Source: Aeromonas phage phiA014S
Direction: 5' to 3' (one strand)
Length of the DNA stretch: 32,000 nucleotides
Sequence record: PP226939.1
Of this stretch, positions 15,101 to 23,872 are shown one piece after another. The notes below the pieces were generated by a model. That model did no database searches. It had not been told where the DNA came from and saw only the letters and a program-made list of their open reading frames with translations. The stretch's first letter is position 1. Each line of letters begins with the position of its first letter. A program made the translations under genes and the position numbers.

Positions 15101-15122
15101 TTAAACCCACACAGAAGGAACA
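15100..15122 (+). promoter_or_regulatory. phage RNAP promoter
   Basis: ATTAAACCCACACAGAA|GGAACA, predicted +1 at G15117. Overlaps the stop TGA 15098-15100. Confidence 0.8.
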
Positions 15123-15153
15123 ACCTTCAAATCATTGCAAAGGAGATAACCGA

Positions 15154-15378
15154 ATGCCTACTCTAGAGCGCAAGGTGATGCGTAAGCGTGAGACCTTCCG
15201 AGGCCAAGCCACGCACACATCCTGCGGCAAGCTGTACAAGTCCGTCAACGGACAGCTGTACGTCCTGCGAGACATGCTGCTGTTTCAGGCTTCCAACCTC
15301 TATTACCCTGTGTGGAGCAAGTGCGCCGACCACCAGAAGCCCAGCAACCTCAAATCTCTCAACAAGGAGAACACCTAA
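15154..15378 (+). CDS. 74-aa basic protein, unknown
   Basis: SD AAAGGAGA upstream. The stop overlaps the ligase start (TAATG). No recognised motif. Confidence 0.6.
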   Translation: MPTLERKVMRKRETFRGQATHTSCGKLYKSVNGQLYVLRDMLLFQASNLYYPVWSKCADHQKPSNLKSLNKENT

Positions 15379-16388
15379 TGCTTAACCTCATCATCAACCC
15401 GTGCAAGCCCGTCAAGTTCAACGAGAAGGCCATCATCAAGGTGCTGGAGACTTCCGGCTCTGTCATCGCTGACATCAAACACGATGGCGTGCGCTGTGAG
15501 CTGGTCATCAAGCCGACCGCTGATGTTCAAGGCCGACCGGCTGCCCGCTGCTATGCCTTCAGTCGTAGTGACAAGCTGTTGCCCTCTCTGGTCGAGCTGT
15601 TCACGTCCGAGGACGAGCAGATTGCACTGGGTCAGCTGCTGAGCGAATCCCTGTACCCTGCCGGTATCATTATCGACGGCGAGGTCATGGTTAAGGGTAT
15701 GACCTTCCAGAAGTCCTCTGGCCGAATCCGCTCTAAGAAGCCAATCCCTGTTGGTGAGCTGGAGTTCGTCGTTTATGGCTACCTGCCGTTGGGACACTTC
15801 ACCAACCCTGAGAACGACAAGCGGACCGTGCTGGACGTTGCAACCTGCGTGATGCAGGAGCAAATCAAGGTGCTGCTGTGTCAGCTGAAGGAGCTGCTAC
15901 CACAAATGAGCTGGTCTCAGGTCCAGAGCTACGATGTGTTCGACATCGCGTCTCTCCATGAGCTGTATGAGCAGGTGCGTGAGGCTGGCCATGAAGGTCT
16001 GGTCGTCAAGGACCCTCTGGCACCGTGGCACCGTGGCAAGCGCAATGGCTGGTGGAAGATGAAACCCGAGGACACCACTGATGGTCAGGTCGTTGGGCTG
16101 GTCTGGGGCACTGCCGGCAAGAAGTACGAAGGCAAGGTCGTAGGCTTTGAGGTTCGCCTTGAGGATAACGGCTGCGTCGTACGCGCTGATGGGCTGACCG
16201 ATGCCCAGATTGAGGAGTACACGGCACTGGCGTATGCCCACTCTCTCAAGACTGGAGATGGTGACCGTTACTTCGACAACTGGTACATCCAGCTGAAGTT
16301 CATGGAGCGCACCGAGGACGGCTCCCTGCGTCACCCGAAGTTCGACTGCTGGCGTGGCACTGAGACTGACCCGACGGTCAAGTCGTGA
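15378..16388 (+). CDS. gp1.3: ATP-dependent DNA ligase (T7 gp1.3-like)
   Basis: 336 aa from ATG 15378 (AAGGAGA upstream). Adenylation motif ADIKHDGVR (T7 AEIKYDGVR). GHEGLVVKDP, GWWKMKPE and EDGSLRHPKF match recalled T7 ligase. Confidence 0.93.
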   Translation: MLNLIINPCKPVKFNEKAIIKVLETSGSVIADIKHDGVRCELVIKPTADVQGRPAARCYAFSRSDKLLPSLVELFTSEDEQIALGQLLSESLYPAGIIIDGEVMVKGMTFQKSSGRIRSKKPIPVGELEFVVYGYLPLGHFTNPENDKRTVLDVATCVMQEQIKVLLCQLKELLPQMSWSQVQSYDVFDIASLHELYEQVREAGHEGLVVKDPLAPWHRGKRNGWWKMKPEDTTDGQVVGLVWGTAGKKYEGKVVGFEVRLEDNGCVVRADGLTDAQIEEYTALAYAHSLKTGDGDRYFDNWYIQLKFMERTEDGSLRHPKFDCWRGTETDPTVKS

Positions 16389-16495
16389 GCAATGAGCACA
16401 TCGTTCTCAGCCTCGGTCTTGGACTGATGCTGGCTGGCGTACTCGCGTTCTATCTTGGCGTATGCACTGCGTCGAACCGCATGTCTGGTAATTAA
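16385..16495 (+). CDS. possible 36-aa TM peptide
   Basis: GTG in a GTGA overlap with the ligase stop. (M)SNEHIVLSLGLGLMLAGVLAFYLGVCTASNRMSGN. No SD; the stop TAA lies inside the next promoter. Confidence 0.3.
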   Translation: MSNEHIVLSLGLGLMLAGVLAFYLGVCTASNRMSGN

Positions 16496-16512
16496 CCCAC
16501 ACAGAAGGAACA
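16490..16512 (+). promoter_or_regulatory. phage RNAP promoter
   Basis: AATTAACCCACACAGAA|GGAACA, predicted +1 at G16507. Confidence 0.8.
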
Positions 16513-16513
16513 T

Positions 16514-16547
16514 ACTCAAGGTCATCACTCCGGTGGCCTTTATGAAT
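16514..16547 (+). promoter_or_regulatory. RNase III-type processing hairpin
   Basis: ACTCAAGGTCATC-actcc-GGTGGCCTTTATGAAT. Flanking ACAT/ATGT can extend the stem. It sits between two promoters only 70 nt apart. Confidence 0.6.
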
Positions 16548-16559
16548 GTGCCTTTGGCA

Positions 16560-16582
16560 TTTTAACCCACACAGAAGGAGCA
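16560..16582 (+). promoter_or_regulatory. phage RNAP promoter
   Basis: TTTTAACCCACACAGAA|GGAGCA, predicted +1 at G16577. GGAG doubles as SD for the ATG at 16589. Confidence 0.75.
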
Positions 16583-16588
16583 ACACCA

Positions 16589-16744
16589 ATGAAGCAATTT
16601 ATCGTCCACGTCCAATTCGGTGAAGATATGCCCGAGACCCAAGTCCCCATCTTTGCCAAGTCTCTGGACGAAGCGAACGAGTGGGCCGACGAGACCTATG
16701 GTCAGCACGGCATTGAAGTCACTCGGGTTCGCCCTAAGGTCTAA
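16589..16744 (+). CDS. gp2: host RNA polymerase inhibitor, T7 Gp2-like
   Basis: 51 aa. VPIFAKSLDEANEWADETYGQHGIEVTRVRPKV matches recalled T7 Gp2 ([33 protein letters not shown]). Confidence 0.75.
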   Translation: MKQFIVHVQFGEDMPETQVPIFAKSLDEANEWADETYGQHGIEVTRVRPKV

Positions 16745-16748
16745 CAAT

Positions 16749-16919
16749 ATGCGCATCTACATGTCGGCTTACGCATGTGTCATACAGCACCAGTTCCTTG
16801 GCATCTTCCACGTGAAGCAGTGGTCCAATGGTGATTGGGTGGTTGTGCTGGAAACCAGCAGCATTGAGGAAGTCCGCGCCAAGGTCACTGAGATTGACCC
16901 TTCGTACACTCCGAATTAA
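16749..16919 (+). CDS. 56-aa protein, unknown
   Basis: ATG 16749, 4 nt after the Gp2 stop, with a weak SD (AAGG). The in-frame upstream part of track ORF 16620 overlaps gp2 and is rejected. Confidence 0.5.
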   Translation: MRIYMSAYACVIQHQFLGIFHVKQWSNGDWVVVLETSSIEEVRAKVTEIDPSYTPN

Positions 16920-16936
16920 CCCACACAGAAGGAACA
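16914..16936 (+). promoter_or_regulatory. phage RNAP promoter
   Basis: AATTAACCCACACAGAA|GGAACA, predicted +1 at G16931. Overlaps stop TAA 16917-16919. Confidence 0.8.
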
Positions 16937-16939
16937 ACA

Positions 16940-17083
16940 ATGACAGAAGGTATCATTCTTGTTACGCTGGTCCTACTCTGGGCCACCATTGCGCTAGCCA
17001 CCGGCAAGTGCTGTCCATTCTGCGGTAAGCCTGAAGCTGACTGCACCTGTTCAAATGACTTTAAGAGGTATCACCGTGTCTAA
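16940..17083 (+). CDS. 47-aa TM peptide with a Cys-rich tail
   Basis: SD GAAGGA 6 nt upstream. MTEGIILVTLVLLWATIALATGKCCPFCGKPEADCTCSNDFKRYHRV: one TM helix, then 6 Cys within 14 residues. Confidence 0.5.
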   Translation: MTEGIILVTLVLLWATIALATGKCCPFCGKPEADCTCSNDFKRYHRV

Positions 17084-17744
17084 GCAACCCCAAATCATCT
17101 CCCTGTCCGCCCCGCGCCCGCAGTCCGGCAAGGACACTCTGGCTGCCCAGCTTGTTAACCACTTCGGCAAAGACCGAGTGGCCACCATTGCGTTCGGCGA
17201 CTACCTGCGGGACTGCGTGTCTCACCTGTTCGGTGCCGAGGCGTCTCTGGAGGTCTATGAGCGCCTTCAAGATTCCCGCAAGGACGTCGTGACCGAGCTG
17301 TGTCTCGGCACCAGCATCGTCCACGCCGAGTACCGCGAGTTCCTGCTCAGCAAGGGCGTGAACCTCAACCTCTACCAGACCCCGCGTTTCCACATGCAGA
17401 TGTTCGGTAACGACTACATCAAGGGTCACCTCGGTCTGGAGGACTTCTGGGTCGACGTACTGTCTCGCCGCGTGGAGTGGCTGAAGCGCTCTATGCCGAA
17501 CCTCAAGTACATCATCGTGACCGACACCCGCAGCCCTAACGAGTTCGAATGGCTCAAGGCTCAAGGCGCTCAGTTCTACATGGTGAAACGCGCTGGTTTC
17601 CCAAAAGACCAGCACGACATCACTGAAGGTCGCCATCCGGTTGAGACCCATGCGGACAACTGGAAGTATGACCACACCATCTGGAACCAATTCGGCTTTC
17701 AAGGTGTGATGCTCGACGCCTTCCTTGAATTCAACAACCTGTAA
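17076..17744 (+). CDS. P-loop deoxynucleoside monophosphate kinase (T4 gp1 / T5 Dnk type)
   Basis: GTG 17076 lies 7 nt after AAGAGG; the alternative ATG 17055 has no SD. The N-terminal QIISLSAPRPQSGKDT is the SGKDT P-loop typical of phage dNMP kinases. ~222 aa. Confidence 0.7.
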   Translation: MSKQPQIISLSAPRPQSGKDTLAAQLVNHFGKDRVATIAFGDYLRDCVSHLFGAEASLEVYERLQDSRKDVVTELCLGTSIVHAEYREFLLSKGVNLNLYQTPRFHMQMFGNDYIKGHLGLEDFWVDVLSRRVEWLKRSMPNLKYIIVTDTRSPNEFEWLKAQGAQFYMVKRAGFPKDQHDITEGRHPVETHADNWKYDHTIWNQFGFQGVMLDAFLEFNNL

Positions 17745-17766
17745 CACCATAAAGGAGAAACACACA

Positions 17767-17952
17767 ATGGCTATTATCATCTGGTTCGCCCTCTGGGCAA
17801 TTATGGCTATCGGCTGGGTCATGAACATCGTTCAGGTCATCGGCTTTGCACTGGCTGACCACCCTGCCACCACCCTGTTCATCGCTAAATGCGTGGGCAT
17901 CCCGTTCGGTCCTCTGGGCGGTGTCCTCGGCTGGGTTACGGCATTTAATTAA
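17767..17952 (+). CDS. 61-aa two-TM membrane protein
   Basis: ATG 17767 preceded by TAAAGGAGA. MAIIIWFALWAIMAIGWVMNIVQVIGFALADHPATTLFIAKCVGIPFGPLGGVLGWVTAFN. Confidence 0.6.
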   Translation: MAIIIWFALWAIMAIGWVMNIVQVIGFALADHPATTLFIAKCVGIPFGPLGGVLGWVTAFN

Positions 17953-17969
17953 CCCACACAGAAGGAACA
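17947..17969 (+). promoter_or_regulatory. phage RNAP promoter
   Basis: AATTAACCCACACAGAA|GGAACA, predicted +1 at G17964. Overlaps stop TAA 17950-17952. Confidence 0.8.
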
Positions 17970-17970
17970 A

Positions 17971-18008
17971 ACTCAAGGTCATTGCCGAGCGCAGTGGCCT
18001 TTATGATT
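17971..18008 (+). promoter_or_regulatory. RNase III-type processing hairpin
   Basis: ACTCAAGGTCATTGC-cgagc-GCAGTGGCCTTTATGATT: 11-bp stem with two G.U pairs. Confidence 0.6.
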
Positions 18009-18045
18009 GTACCTCATACCACAAATCTCAATAGGAGTAAACTCA

Positions 18046-18204
18046 ATGACCAACGGTATCCGTAACTTCACCAAGACCAAATCCACCAAGCGCCTGAGCT
18101 GGGAGGAGGCTGAAGCCCAGCACACCGCTAAGCGTAAGGGTGAAGACCGTAAGGCCAAGCGTGGCCAGAAGCGTGTAAGCTGGGAGGACTCTATCGATGC
18201 GTAA
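18046..18204 (+). CDS. gp1.1: 52-aa highly basic protein, T7 gp1.1-like
   Basis: ATG 18046 preceded by ATAGGAG. IRNFTKTKSTKR...KAKRGQKRVSWEDS resembles recalled T7 gp1.1 (RNFEKMTKRSNR...KRDRSHKRSWEGQ). There is an internal repeat KRLSWEE / KRVSWED. Confidence 0.5.
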   Translation: MTNGIRNFTKTKSTKRLSWEEAEAQHTAKRKGEDRKAKRGQKRVSWEDSIDA

Positions 18205-18283
18205 GGCAATCATCGCGTTCACCTGCTGTACCATCTCATGGCTGTCCGGACTCGCTGCGGGGTATCACTTTGCGACTCTCTAA
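18197..18283 (+). CDS. possible 28-aa hydrophobic peptide
   Basis: ATG 18197 lies 8 nt after GGGAGGA. MRKAIIAFTCCTISWLSGLAAGYHFATL. Confidence 0.35.
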   Translation: MRKAIIAFTCCTISWLSGLAAGYHFATL

Positions 18284-18437
18284 GCGTCTCGAATACCTAT
18301 ACTGGAAGGCTTCCGACTTCGGGAAGAACTGCCTGACAGCCGCTCTGCTCATTGCTGCGTTCGTCACCATGTACGCTTGCAGCATGTTCAGCTTCTGGTT
18401 CAAAATCAAAGTGGTCGACTTTCTGTTCGGCCTGTAA
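18270..18437 (+). CDS. possible 55-aa TM protein (TTG start, uncertain)
   Basis: Open frame ending TAA 18435-18437 and encoding ...KNCLTAALLIAAFVTMYACSMFSFWFKIKVVDFLFGL. It has no usable in-frame ATG near its 5' end (the two internal ATGs would leave only ~19-24 aa), so TTG 18270 after GGGG is my best guess. Confidence 0.3.
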   Translation: MRLSKRLEYLYWKASDFGKNCLTAALLIAAFVTMYACSMFSFWFKIKVVDFLFGL

Positions 18438-18465
18438 TCTCACTCAACATAGGAGACATACAACC

Positions 18466-18732
18466 ATGTCAAAGAATCGCAACGTCCGTAACGCTAAGGC
18501 AATCCGCAAGGCCCTGATGGCTCCGGTTCCGTTCAATGAAGCCACCCTGAAGGTTGGTCAAGTGTACCGGTTCCGCAACGGCTGGCTATTCTGCAAACGC
18601 ATGGATGGCACCTTGAGCACAGACTGTGGCTGTGGCATTGATGAGCTGCTGGTCAACGACTACGACCACGACCACTGGTACTGCATTCGCCGCAAAATCA
18701 AGCCTGTACTCGGCGTCCACCGTTTCATCTAA
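18466..18732 (+). CDS. 88-aa protein, unknown
   Basis: ATG 18466 preceded by ATAGGAGA. Basic N-terminus; Cys/His/Asp-rich middle (DCGCGIDELLVNDYDHDHWYC). Confidence 0.65.
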   Translation: MSKNRNVRNAKAIRKALMAPVPFNEATLKVGQVYRFRNGWLFCKRMDGTLSTDCGCGIDELLVNDYDHDHWYCIRRKIKPVLGVHRFI

Positions 18733-18751
18733 CCTAAAGGAGAACCTAATC

Positions 18752-19087
18752 ATGGCTCAATCCAACACCACCGACCGTCTGTACTACTTCGCCCGTCGCA
18801 AGGACACCGGCATGGCAGGCGTTTGGTTTACTCACTGTGCTCCGAAGTGTGACCAATCGAACATCGCCTGTCGACTGCTTCACAAGGCACACACAGGGGG
18901 TCACACTGTACGTCATAAATCTAGCTGTGACGCACTCGACGCACACTTCCCTGTTGGTTTCCTTGAGGACAACTTCGTGGCAACAGTCAAGGAGTTCTGC
19001 AAAGGCTGGGACATTTCCATCGCTGCTGACCTGACCATGGCCGTGCTGCGTGAGAATGGCGTCCACAACATCGAGCGTCTGCCGTAA
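18752..19087 (+). CDS. 111-aa protein, unknown
   Basis: ATG 18752 preceded by TAAAGGAGA. No recognised motif. Confidence 0.7.
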   Translation: MAQSNTTDRLYYFARRKDTGMAGVWFTHCAPKCDQSNIACRLLHKAHTGGHTVRHKSSCDALDAHFPVGFLEDNFVATVKEFCKGWDISIAADLTMAVLRENGVHNIERLP

Positions 19088-19099
19088 GGAGCAAACAAG

Positions 19100-19296
19100 A
19101 TGCGTGATTCCAATGCTGACATACTCGGGCGACTCGCCGCTGAGACGTGGGTGAACCATGCTGAGATGACGTTAAACGTAGTGCTCTTGGACACAAAGAC
19201 CGATGAGCGCTATTACTTCGTATTCGGCTCTGACACACCATCTATACGTGCAGTGATGTTCGCTAGAGCGTCCTTGGCTTACCAGTGGAGACCGCA

Positions 19297-19300
<4 letters not shown>
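19100..19300 (+). CDS. 66-aa protein, unknown
   Basis: TAAGGAG upstream; ORF-track entry. Confidence 0.6.
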
Positions 19301-21128
<1,828 letters not shown>

Positions 21129-21134
21129 CTTCTG

Positions 21135-21157
21135 ATTTAACCCACACAGAAGGGACA
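21135..21157 (+). promoter_or_regulatory. phage RNAP promoter
   Basis: ATTTAACCCACACAGAA|GGGACA, predicted +1 at G21152. Confidence 0.8.
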
Positions 21158-21191
21158 ACCTCTCAATCAACCACAAAAGGAGAATCACACT

Positions 21192-21539
21192 ATGATGTTC
21201 AAAATCGCTCGTTTCGTTCTGGCCCGTCTGGCCTCCTCTCTGGCCCGTGAAGCCGCCCGCTCTGAAGCTGGTGTGAAGGCTGCTGTCGCCAAGCGCAACA
21301 AGAAGGTGGCTGCTCTGGACACCGAGATTATCGCCATGGCTAACCGTGAAGAGAAAATCATCGCGGACATCCGTGCCAAGGCTGACGCGGAAATCGCCAA
21401 CGTGCTGAACGCCAAGCGGGCCAAGATGGACCAGAAGGCTGCACACCGTCAGACCTGTGGCGCACAGTGCCGTCACCTGAGTGACAAGGCTGAAAGTGCT
21501 CGCCTGATGCGTTCCCGTATCGAGGGTCTGCTGAAGTAA
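21192..21539 (+). CDS. 115-aa coiled-coil protein, possibly T7 gp4.3-like
   Basis: AAAAGGAGA upstream. The N-terminus MMFKIARFVLARLASSLAREAARSE loosely resembles recalled T7 gp4.3 (MFKLIKKLGQLLVRMYNVEAKRLNDEARKE). It follows gene 4, as 4.3 does. Confidence 0.45.
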   Translation: MMFKIARFVLARLASSLAREAARSEAGVKAAVAKRNKKVAALDTEIIAMANREEKIIADIRAKADAEIANVLNAKRAKMDQKAAHRQTCGAQCRHLSDKAESARLMRSRIEGLLK

Positions 21540-21540
21540 T

Positions 21541-21577
21541 ACTCAAGGTCATTCCTGCGGGAGTGGCCTTTCTGGAT
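21541..21577 (+). promoter_or_regulatory. RNase III-type processing hairpin
   Basis: ACTCAAGGTCATTCC-tgcg-GGAGTGGCCTTTCTGGATT: 11-bp stem with two G.U pairs. Confidence 0.6.
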
Positions 21578-21610
21578 TATTTCGACAATGTTAACAGAAG
21601 GAGAAACAAT

Positions 21611-22345
21611 ATGTCTGAACAAAAGCGCGCTCCCCGTAAGACCTACACCACCCCGATTGGCGTGGTCGGTGCGTACCCGTACCTGCAAAAGCCGGACAAG
21701 GGTAACGAGAAGTTCCCTAAACCCCGTGGCGAGTGGTCCTGCAAGCTGGCCATCCCTGAAGCCAAGGCGGGCAAACTGATTGCTCTGCTGACCGCTGCCT
21801 CTGAGGCCAACTTCAAGCGTTACGAAGAGGTTGAGTTCCCGAAGCTGGTGGCAGACGCCAAGGCCAAGGGTAAGAAGCCTCCGAAGAAGGTGACCGAGTA
21901 CAACGAATTCTTCTACGATGACGGCGAGGGCAACTGCGTGTTCACCTTCAAGGGTCATGCCTCGTATGAGGACAAGAAGGAAGGCTGCATGAAGGACATC
22001 GTGCTGCGTGTGTACGACTCCAAGGGTGCCCGCATCATGGACGTCCCGCGCATCAACAAGGACTCCGAGGGTCGTGTCGACTTCTCCATTATCCAGTACG
22101 TGTCCGCTGTTGCCGGTGTCGGCATTAAGCTGCAACTGAACAAGTTCCAACTGTTCAAGCTGGTCGAGTACACCGCTGGTGGTAATGACACCTTCGGCTC
22201 CGAGCTGGATGAAGAGTACGAAGGCGGCTTCGAAGCTGACCAGATGGCCGGTGGCGGTGCGTCTACTGAACTGGACGAGGAGAGCTACGGTTACGGTGAC
22301 CGCCAGCCGCCTGCTGCTTCCGCTGACGACTATCCGGACTTCTAA
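21611..22345 (+). CDS. gp2.5: single-stranded DNA-binding protein (T7 gp2.5-like)
   Basis: ATG 21611 preceded by AGAAGGAGA. YPYLQKPD...FPKPRGEW... resembles recalled T7 gp2.5 (YAYIAKPD...FGNPRGVY). The acidic tail ends DDYPDF (T7 DEDGDF). Confidence 0.85.
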   Translation: MSEQKRAPRKTYTTPIGVVGAYPYLQKPDKGNEKFPKPRGEWSCKLAIPEAKAGKLIALLTAASEANFKRYEEVEFPKLVADAKAKGKKPPKKVTEYNEFFYDDGEGNCVFTFKGHASYEDKKEGCMKDIVLRVYDSKGARIMDVPRINKDSEGRVDFSIIQYVSAVAGVGIKLQLNKFQLFKLVEYTAGGNDTFGSELDEEYEGGFEADQMAGGGASTELDEESYGYGDRQPPAASADDYPDF

Positions 22346-22801
22346 TTGGCCGGTAAAGCGTGGTTTAAAAAGGCCGGTGGTGGTGCCAATGCGTACCGCT
22401 CCGGTCTGGAAGACAACATAGCAAAGCAACTGGAGGCCAAAGGGCTTCCGGTTAGCTTCGAGTCCTACTTCCTGAACTACATAAAGCCATCAACTGGGCA
22501 CAAGTACACTCCTGACTTCATCCTGCACAACGGGATTGTCATCGAGTCGAAGGGCCTGTTTGACGTGGAGGACCGCAAAAAGCATCTGTTAATCCAAGAG
22601 CAACACCCTGAGTTGGACATCCGGTTCGTATTCTCACGGTCTGCAACCAAGCTGTACAAAGGTGCCAAGTCGACCTATGCCGACTGGTGCATCAAGAATG
22701 GCTTCAAGTTTGCCGACAAGTTGATACCTGCTGACTGGCTGAAAGAGAAGGCAAAGCCCATCCCTGAGGGTGTTCTCATACCGAAAGGAGGGAAAGCCTA
22801 A
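22346..22801 (+). CDS. gp3: endonuclease I / Holliday junction resolvase (T7 gp3-like), TTG start
   Basis: YRSGLEDNIAKQLEAKG, YTPDFILHNGIVIESKG, DRKKHLLIQEQHPELDIRFVF, TKLYKG and KFADKLIPADWLKE match recalled T7 gp3. There is no in-frame ATG; TTG 22346 directly follows the gp2.5 stop TAA. Confidence 0.9.
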   Translation: MAGKAWFKKAGGGANAYRSGLEDNIAKQLEAKGLPVSFESYFLNYIKPSTGHKYTPDFILHNGIVIESKGLFDVEDRKKHLLIQEQHPELDIRFVFSRSATKLYKGAKSTYADWCIKNGFKFADKLIPADWLKEKAKPIPEGVLIPKGGKA

Positions 22802-23238
22802 TGGCCAAAGTTCAATTCAAGAAGCGTGGTTTCACTGACCATATCGTCATCCACTGTTCCGCCACCCGTCCGTCCATGGACATCGGCGTGCGTGAGATTC
22901 GCATGTGGCATAAGCAGCAAGGCTGGCTGGATGTCGGCTACCACTTCATCATCCGTCGTGACGGCACCGTTGAGGAAGGCCGTCCGGTCGATGCCATCGG
23001 CTCCCACGTGAAGAACCACAACAGCAACTCCGTAGGGGTCTGCCTCGTTGGTGGTGTCGACGAGAAGATGAAGCCTGAAGCTAACTTCACCGATGCCCAG
23101 TGGGCTGCTCTGGACGCCAAGGTGCTGGAGCTGCGTAAGCTCTACCCGACCGCATCCGTCAAGGGTCACAATGAGTTCGACGCAGGGAAAGCCTGCCCGA
23201 GCTTCAACGTTCAGTCTTGGCTGAAGTCCATCCAGTAA
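22801..23238 (+). CDS. gp3.5: N-acetylmuramoyl-L-alanine amidase / T7 lysozyme (gp3.5-like)
   Basis: MAKVQFKKRGFTDHIVIHCSATRPS...GVREIRMWHKQQGWLDVGYHFIIRRDGTVEEGR...GVCLVGG...KACPSF closely matches recalled T7 gp3.5. Confidence 0.93.
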   Translation: MAKVQFKKRGFTDHIVIHCSATRPSMDIGVREIRMWHKQQGWLDVGYHFIIRRDGTVEEGRPVDAIGSHVKNHNSNSVGVCLVGGVDEKMKPEANFTDAQWAALDAKVLELRKLYPTASVKGHNEFDAGKACPSFNVQSWLKSIQ

Positions 23239-23245
23239 ATGTAAG

Positions 23246-23280
23246 CATCAAGGTCATCCCAAGCGGGTGGCCTTTATTAC
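23246..23280 (+). promoter_or_regulatory. RNase III-type processing hairpin
   Basis: CATCAAGGTCATCC-caagc-GGGTGGCCTTTATTAC: 10-bp stem. The flanks diverge slightly from the family. Confidence 0.5.
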
Positions 23281-23321
23281 TCGCATTTGCGTGATTATTA
23301 ACCAATAGGAGAACCTAACGA

Positions 23322-23858
23322 ATGAACAACACCTTCATCAAGATGCTGGCCGCTATCGAAGACCCTGCTGCTATCGAGCGTGCCTACCAGATGATGGCCG
23401 CTAAGCGTGACCTGCTGGCTCGCAACGCTGAGAATCCCCGTGAGTTTAACTTGCGGTATGGCGACGAGAAGGGCTTCAAGCATTCCGTCATGGAGCCTCG
23501 CCCGATGGTTGAAATTAAGTGTGCCGATAAGGTCGACCTTGAGGCGTCATTGAAGGTTGCCGCACAGCTGCGCCTTGAGGAGGCTGCCGCCCCATACAAG
23601 CTGGCCCCGTCTCTGGCGGACATCCAGTTCACCCGTAACATGGCCGGTGCGTTCCGTCTGGAAATCCACGGTGCCACTCCTGCGATGGTTGCCGTTGGTA
23701 TCAATGACGGAGACCTGTTCACCATGGAGTCTGTGCGCTACAACCGCTCTGTTGTCCGCTCTGTTCGACAGGTGAAGCGCACCGCCGTCATCCACAACCG
23801 ATTCCTTCGTGTGGTGTTTGTCACCCCGACCGGTGGCCGCTACCACTTCCCTAACTGA
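23322..23858 (+). CDS. 178-aa protein, unknown
   Basis: AATAGGAGA upstream; clean ORF between amidase and DNAP. I recognise no motif and no T7 counterpart. Confidence 0.7.
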   Translation: MNNTFIKMLAAIEDPAAIERAYQMMAAKRDLLARNAENPREFNLRYGDEKGFKHSVMEPRPMVEIKCADKVDLEASLKVAAQLRLEEAAAPYKLAPSLADIQFTRNMAGAFRLEIHGATPAMVAVGINDGDLFTMESVRYNRSVVRSVRQVKRTAVIHNRFLRVVFVTPTGGRYHFPN

Positions 23859-23872
23859 TAGGAGAACACCTC

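Noticed and set aside
14742-15104. 120-aa +1-frame ORF embedded in the 174-aa TM/coiled-coil gene, considered as an Rz1-like o-spanin embedded in an Rz-like i-spanin.
   Set aside because: It has no credible signal peptide plus lipobox; the only ..ASGC is preceded by an Asp-containing, non-hydrophobic segment with no SD-spaced start. The outer protein has its basic residues after the TM (predicted N-out/C-in), the opposite of i-spanin topology. The Pro/Ser-rich translation is what an off-frame reading of GC-rich coding DNA gives.
23290-23312. ATTATTAACCAATAGGAGAAC upstream of the 178-aa gene considered as a degenerate phage promoter. The same applies to ATAGGAGA contexts at 14558, 18030, 18449 and 26148.
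   Set aside because: It lacks the invariant CCCACACAGAAGG core. The shared ATAGGAGA is simply a recurring SD context 9-11 nt before start codons.
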